64,000 bases of DNA from Eledone cirrhosa. Taxonomy: Eukaryota. Made by a program: the position numbers and the translations under genes. The stretch spans positions 148,986,001 to 149,050,000 of the forward strand of contig OZ024743.1 of NCBI GenBank assembly GCA_964016885.1, written 5' to 3'. The notes beneath the pieces were generated by a model. The model searched no databases and was not told the origin of the DNA. It was given only the letters and a program-made list of their open reading frames with translations. Shown here piece after piece: positions 56,301 through 64,000 of this stretch (positions are counted from its first letter, which is position 1; every line of letters starts with the position of its first letter).

Positions 56301-59300
56301 CAACTACCACCACCACCAGTAACATCACCTCAACTACCACCACCACCACCACCAGTAACATCACCTCAACTACCACCACCACCAGTAACAACATCACCTC
56401 AACTACCACCACCACCAGTAACATCACCTCAACTACCACCACCACCAGTAACATCACCTCAACTACCACCACCACCAGTAACATCACCTCAACTACCACC
56501 ACCACCAGTAACAACATCACCTCAACTACCACCACCACCAGTAACATCACCTCAACTACCACCACCACACCACCAGTAACATCACCTCAACTACCACCAC
56601 CACCAGTAACATCACCTCAACTACCACCACCACCAGTAACATCACCTCAACTACCACCACCACCAGTAACATCACCTCAACTACCACCACCACCAGTAAC
56701 ATCACCTCAACTACCACCACCACTAGTAACATCACCTCAACTACCACCACCACCAGTAACATCACCTCAACTACCACCACCACCAGTAACATCACCTCAA
56801 CCACCACAACCACCAGTAACATCACCTCAACTACCACCACCACCAGTAACATCACCTCAACTACCACCACCACCAGTAACAACATCACCTCAACTACCAC
56901 CACCACCAGTAACATCACCTCAACTACCACCACCACCAGTAAGCTCACCTCAACTACCACCACCACCAATAACAACATCACCTCAAATACCACCACCACT
57001 AGTAACATCACCTCAACCACCACAACCACCAGTAACATCACCTCAACTACCACCACCACCAGTAACATCACCTCAACCACCACAACCACCAGTAACATAA
57101 CCTCAACTACCACCACCACCAGTAACATCACCTCAACCACCACAACCACCAGTAACATCACCTCAACTACCATCACCACCAGTAACATCACCTCAACTAC
57201 CACCACCACCAGTAACATCACCTCAACTACCACCACCACCAGTAACATCACCTCAACCACCACCACCACCAGTAACATCACCTCAACTACCACCACCACC
57301 AGTAACAACATCACCTCAACTACCACCACCACCAGTAACAACATCATCTCAACTACCACCACCACCACCACCAGTAACATCACCTCAACCACCACCACCA
57401 CCAGTAACAACATCACCTCAACCACCACCACCACCAGTAACATCACCTCAACTAACACCACCACCAGTAACATCACCTCAACCACCACCACCACCAGTAA
57501 CATCACCTCAACTACCACCACCACCAGTAACATCACCTCAAGTACCACCACCACCAGTAACATCACCTCAACTACCACCACCACAAGTAACAACACCTCA
57601 ACTACCACCACCACCAGTAACATGACCTCAACTACCACCACCACCTGTAACATCACCTCAACTACCACCACCACAAGTAACATCACCTCAACCACCACAA
57701 CCACCAGTAACATCACCTCAACTACCATCACCACCAGTAACATCACCTCAACTACCACCACCACCAGTAACATCACCTCAACTACCACCACCACCAGTAA
57801 CATCACCTCAACCACCACCACCACCAGTAACAGCACCTCAACTACCACCACCACCAGTAACATCACCTCAACTACCACCACCACCATTAACATCACCTCA
57901 ACTACCACCACCACCAGTAACATCACCTCAACCACTACCACCACCAGTAACAGCACCTCAGTACCACCACCACCAGTAACATCACCTCAACTACCACCAC
58001 CACCAGTAACATCACCTCAGCTACCACCACCACCAGTAACATCAACTCAACTACCACCACCACCAGTAACATCACCTCAACTACCACCACCACCAGTAAC
58101 ACCACCTCAACTACCACCACAACCACGAGTAACATCACCTCAACTACCACAACCACCAGTAACAGCACCTCAACCACCACCACCACCACTAACAACATCA
58201 CCTCAACTACCACCACCACCAGTAACATCACCTCGACTAACACCACCACCAGTAACATCACCGCAACTACCACCACCACCAGTAACAACATCACCTCAAC
58301 TACCACCACCACCAATAACATCACCTCAACTACCACCACCACCAGTACCATCACCTCAACTACCACCACCACCAGTAACATCACCTCAACTACCACCACC
58401 ACCAGTAACAACACCTCAACTACCACCACCACCAGTAAAATCACCTCAACTACCACCACCACCACTAACATCACGTCAACCACCACCACCACCAGTAACA
58501 TCACCTCAACTACCACCACCACCAGTAAAAACACCTCAACTACCACCACCACCAGTAACAACACCTCAAATACCACCACCACCAGTAACAACATCACCTC
58601 AACTACCATCACCACCAGTAACATCACCTCAACTACCACCACCACCACCAGTAACATCACCTCAACTACCACAACCACCAGTAACATCACCTCAACCACC
58701 ACCACCACCAGTAACATCACCTCAACTACCACCACCACTAGTAACATCACCTCAACTACCACCACCACCAGTAACAACATCACCTCAACTACCACCACCA
58801 CCAGTAACAACATCACCTCAACTACCACCACCACCAGTAACATCACCTCAACTACCACCACCACCACCACCAGTAACATCACCTCAACTACCACCACCAC
58901 CAGTAACATCACCTCACCACCACCACCACCAGTAACATCACCTCAACTACCACCACCACCAGTAACATCACCTCAACTACCACCACCACCAGTAACAACA
59001 TCACCTCAACTACCACCACCACCAGTAACATCACCTCAACTACCACCACCACCACCACCAGTAACATCACCTCAACTACCACCACCACCAGTAACAACAT
59101 CACCTCAACTACCACCACCACCAGTAACATCACCTCAACTACCACCACCACCAGTAACATCACCTCAACTACCACCACCACCAGTAACATCACCTCAACT
59201 ACCACCACCACCAGTAACAACATCACCTCAACTACCACCACCACCAGTAACATCACCTCAACTACCACCACCACACCACCAGTAACATCACCTCAACTAC

Positions 59301-62300
59301 CACCACCACCAGTAACATCACCTCAACTACCACCACCACCAGTAACATCACCTCAACTACCACCACCACCAGTAACATCACCTCAACTACCACCACCACC
59401 AGTAACATCACCTCAACTACCACAACCACTAGTAACATCACCTCAACTACCACCACCACCAGTAACATCACCTCAACTACCACCACCACCAGTAACATCA
59501 CCTCAACCACCACAACCACCAGTAACATCACCTCAACTACCACCACCACTAGTAACATCACCTCAACTACCACCACCACCAGTAACAACATCACCTCAAC
59601 TACCACCACCACCAGTAACATCACCTCAACTACCACCACCACCAGTAAGCTCACCTCAACTACCACCACCACCAATAACAACATCACCTCAAATACCACC
59701 ACCACTAGTAACATCACCTCAACCACCACAACCACCAGTAACATCACCTCAACTACCACCACCACCAGTAACATCACCTCAACCACCACAACCACCAGTA
59801 ACATAACCTCAACTACCACCACCACCAGTAACATCACCTCAACCACCACAACCACCAGTAACATCACCTCAACTACCATCACCACCAGTAACATCACCTC
59901 AACTACCACCACCACCAGTAACATCACCTCAACTACCACCACCACCAGTAACATCACCTCAACCACCACCACCACCAGTAACATCACCTCAACTACCACC
60001 ACCACCAGTAACAACATCACCTCAACTACCACCACCACCAGTAACAACATCATCTCAACTACCACCACCACCACCACCAGTAACATCACCTCAACCACCA
60101 CCACCACCAGTAACAACATCACCTCAACCACCACCACCACCAGTAACATCACCTCAACTAACACCACCACCAGTAACATCACCTCAACCACCACCACCAC
60201 CAGTAACATCACCTCAACTACCACCACCACCAGTAACATCACCTCAAGTACCACCACCACCAGTAACATCACCTCAACTACCACCACCACAAGTAACAAC
60301 ACCTCAACTACCACCACCACCAGTAACATCACCTCAACTACCACCACCACCTGTAACATCACCTCAACTACCACCACCACAAGTAACATCACCTCAACCA
60401 CCACAACCACCAGTAACATCACCTCAACTACCATCACCACCAGTAACATCACCTCAACTACCACCACCACCAGTAACATCACCTCAACTACCACTACCAC
60501 CAGTAACATCACCTCAACCACCACCACCACCAGTAACAGCACCTCAACTACCACCACCACCAGTAACATCACCTCAACTACCACCACCACCATTAACATC
60601 ACCTCAACTACCACCACCACCAGTAACATCACCTCAACCACTACCACCACCAGTAACAGCACCTCAGTACCACCACCACCAGTAACATCACCTCAACTAC
60701 CACCACCACCAGTAACATCACCTCAGCTACCACCACCACCAGTAACATCAACTCAACTACCACCACCACCAGTAACATCACCTCAACTACCACCACCACC
60801 AGTAACACCACCTCAACTACCACCACAACCACGAGTAACATCACCTCAACTACCACAACCACCAGTAACAGCACCTCAACCACCACCACCACCACTAACA
60901 ACATCACCTCAACTACCACCACCACCAGTAACATCACCTCGACTAACACCACCACCAGTAACATCACCGCAACTACCACCACCACCAGTAACAACATCAC
61001 CTCAACTACCACCACCACCAATAACATCACCTCAACTACCACCACCACCAGTACCATCACCTCAACTACCACCACCACCAGTAACATCACCTCAACTACC
61101 ACCATCACCAGTAACAACACCTCAACTACCACCACCACCAGTAAAATCACCTCAACTACCACCACCACCACTAACATCACGTCAACCACCACCACCACCA
61201 GTAACATCACCTCAACTACCACCACCACCAGTAAAAACACCTCAACTACCACCACCACCAGTAACAACACCTCAACTACCACCACCACCAGTAACAACAT
61301 CACCTCAACTACCATCACCACCAGTAACATCACCTCAACTACCACCACCACCACCAGTAACATCACCTCAACTACCACAACCACCAGTAACATCACCTCA
61401 ACCACCACCACCACCAGTAACATCACCTCAACTACCACCACCACTAGTAACATCACCTCAACTACCACCACCACCAGTAACAACATCACCTCAACTACCA
61501 CCACCACCAGTAACAACATCACCTCAACTACCACAACCACCAGTAACATCACCTCAACCACCACCACCACCAGTAACATCACCTCAACTTCCACCACCAC
61601 CAGTAACATCACCTCAACTACCACCACCACCAGTAACATCACCTCAACTACCACCACCACCAGTAACATCACCTCAACTACCACCACCACCACCAGTAAC
61701 ATCACCTCAACTACCACCACCACCAGTAACATCACCTCAACTACCACCACCACCAGTAACATCACCTCAACTACCACCACCACCAGTAACATCACCTCAA
61801 CTAAAACCACCACCAGTAACATCACCTCAACTACCAACATCACCAGTAACATCACCTCAACTACCACCACCACCAGTAACATCACCTCAACTACCACCAC
61901 CACCAGTAACAACATCACCTCAACTACCACCACCACCAATAACATCACCTCAAATACCACCACCACCAGTACCAATCACCTCAACTACTACCACCACCAG
62001 TAACATCACCTCAACTACCACCACCACCAGTAAAATCACCTCAACTACCACCACCACCAGTAACACCACGTCAACCACCACCACCACCAGTAACAACATC
62101 ACCTCAACTACCATCACCACCAGTAACATCACCTCAACTACCACCACCACCACCAGTAACATCACCTCAACTACCACCACCACCAGTAACATCACCTCAA
62201 CTACCACAACCACCAGTAACATCACCTCAACCACCACCACCACTAGTAACATCACCTCAACTACCACCACCACCAGTAACAACATCACCTCAACTACCAC

Positions 62301-64000
62301 CACCACCAGTAACATCACTTTAACTACCACCACCACCAGTAACAACATCACCTCAACTACCACCACCACCAATAACATCACCTCAACTACCACCACCACC
62401 AGTACCGTCACCTCAACTACCACCACCACCAGTAACATCACCTCAACTACCACCACCACCAGTAACAACACCTCGACTACCACCACCACCAGAAACAACA
62501 CCTCAACTACCACCACCACCAGTAACATCACCTCAACTACCACCACCACCAGTAACATCATCTCAACTACCACCACCACCACCACCAGTAACATCACCTC
62601 AACCACCACCATCACCAGTAACAACATCACCTCAACCACCACCACCACCAGTAACATCACCTCACCACCACCACCACCAGTAACATCACCTCAACTACCA
62701 CCACCACCAGTAACATCACCTCAACTACCACCACCACCAGTAACAACATCACCTCAACTACCACCACCACCAGTAACATCACCTCAACTACCACCACCAC
62801 CACCACCAGTAACATCACCTCAACTACCACCACCACCAGTAACAACATCACCTCAACTACCACCACCACCAGTAACATCACCTCAACTACCACCACCACC
62901 AGTAACATCACCTCAACTACCACCACCACCAGTAACATCACCTCAACTACCACCACCACCAGTAACATCACCTCAACTACCACCACCACACCACCAGTAA
63001 CATCACCTGAACTACCACCACCACCAGTAACATCACCTCAACTACCACCACCACCAGTAACATCACCTCAACTACCACCACCACCAGTAACATCACCTCA
63101 ACCACCACAACCACCAGTAACATCACCTCAACTACCATCACCACCAGTAACATCACCTCAACTACCACCACCACCAGTAACATCACCTCAACTACCACCA
63201 CCACCAGTAACATCACCTCAACCACCACCACCACCAGTAACATCACCTCAACTACCACCACCACCAGTAACATCACCTCAACTACCACCACCACCAGTAA
63301 CATCACCTCAACCACCACCACCACCAGTAACATCACCTCAACTACCACCACCACCAGTAACATCACCTCAACCACCACCACCACCAGTAACAACATCACC
63401 TCAACTACCACCACCACCAGTAACACCACCTCAACTACCACCACCACCAGCAACACCACCTCAACTACCACCACCACCACCAGTAACATCACCTCAACTA
63501 CCACCACCACCAGTACCATCACCTCAACTACCACCACCACCAGTAACATCACCTCAACTACCACCACCACCAATATCATCACCTCAACCACCACCTCTAC
63601 CGGTAAAATCAATACCTCAAATACTACCACCACCAGTAACATCACCTCAACTACCACCACCACCAATATCATCACCTCAACCACAACCTCTACCGGTAAA
63701 ATCAATACCTCAAATACCACCACCACCAGTAACATCACCTCAACTACCACCACCACCAGTAACATCACCTCAACTACCACCACCACCAGTAACATCACCT
63801 CAACCACCACCACCACCAGTAACATCACCTCAACTACCACCACCACCAGTAACAACATCACCTCAACTACCACCACCACCAGTAACAACATCATCTCAAC
63901 TACCACCACCACCACCACCAGTAACATCACCTCAACCACCACCACCACCAGTAACATCACCTCAACTAACACCACCACCAGTAACATCACCTCAACCACC
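41380..64000 (+). repeat. giant 30-bp minisatellite (roughly 730-750 units, runs off the window end) with higher-order structure
   Basis: Unit ACCAGTAACATCACCTCAACTACCACCACC, varying mostly by +3 (AAC or ACC) insertions. Blocks are duplicated at offsets of 3193 and 2706 bp. A degenerate lead-in starts at ~41265. Confidence 0.98.

Noticed and set aside
41284-63999. Long minus-strand ORFs (VVVVEVMLLV)n as membrane proteins
   Set aside because: They are the antisense reading of the 30-bp unit, have no unique sequence, and break at the same stops and frameshifts
41380-64000. CRISPR array or telomeric repeat
   Set aside because: Units are contiguous with no unique spacers, there are no cas genes, the context is eukaryotic, and the unit is not TTAGGG-like

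Overview
AT-rich animal genomic DNA with no host protein-coding exon, rRNA, tRNA gene or CRISPR array that I can support. The repeat content (RTE, R4/Dong and Tx1 LINEs, tRNA-derived SINEs, dense microsatellites) looks most like an octopus or other coleoid cephalopod; that is inference, not a database match. Bases 1-41.3 kb hold a nearly intact 5'-truncated RTE LINE (11.55-13.59 kb, minus) plus decayed RTE, Dong, Tx1, mariner and hAT fragments, at least four short-repeat families, several MITEs and a probable Helitron. Bases ~41.3-64 kb are one >22 kb minisatellite (30-bp unit ACCAGTAACATCACCTCAACTACCACCACC) with kb-scale higher-order duplications, open in two plus-strand frames (TSNITSTTTT and PVTSPQLPPP). 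The most interesting signal is a set of short non-coding elements next to TA-rich tracts carrying type I hammerhead ribozyme folds: two with complete canonical cores (21731-21817 minus, 29345-29400 plus), one with a U4A core, and several long fold-back hairpins at hammerhead-like cores. A SINE insertion that captured ~145 bp of nearby DNA inside a 21-bp target-site duplication is also notable. All structures were folded and aligned by eye.
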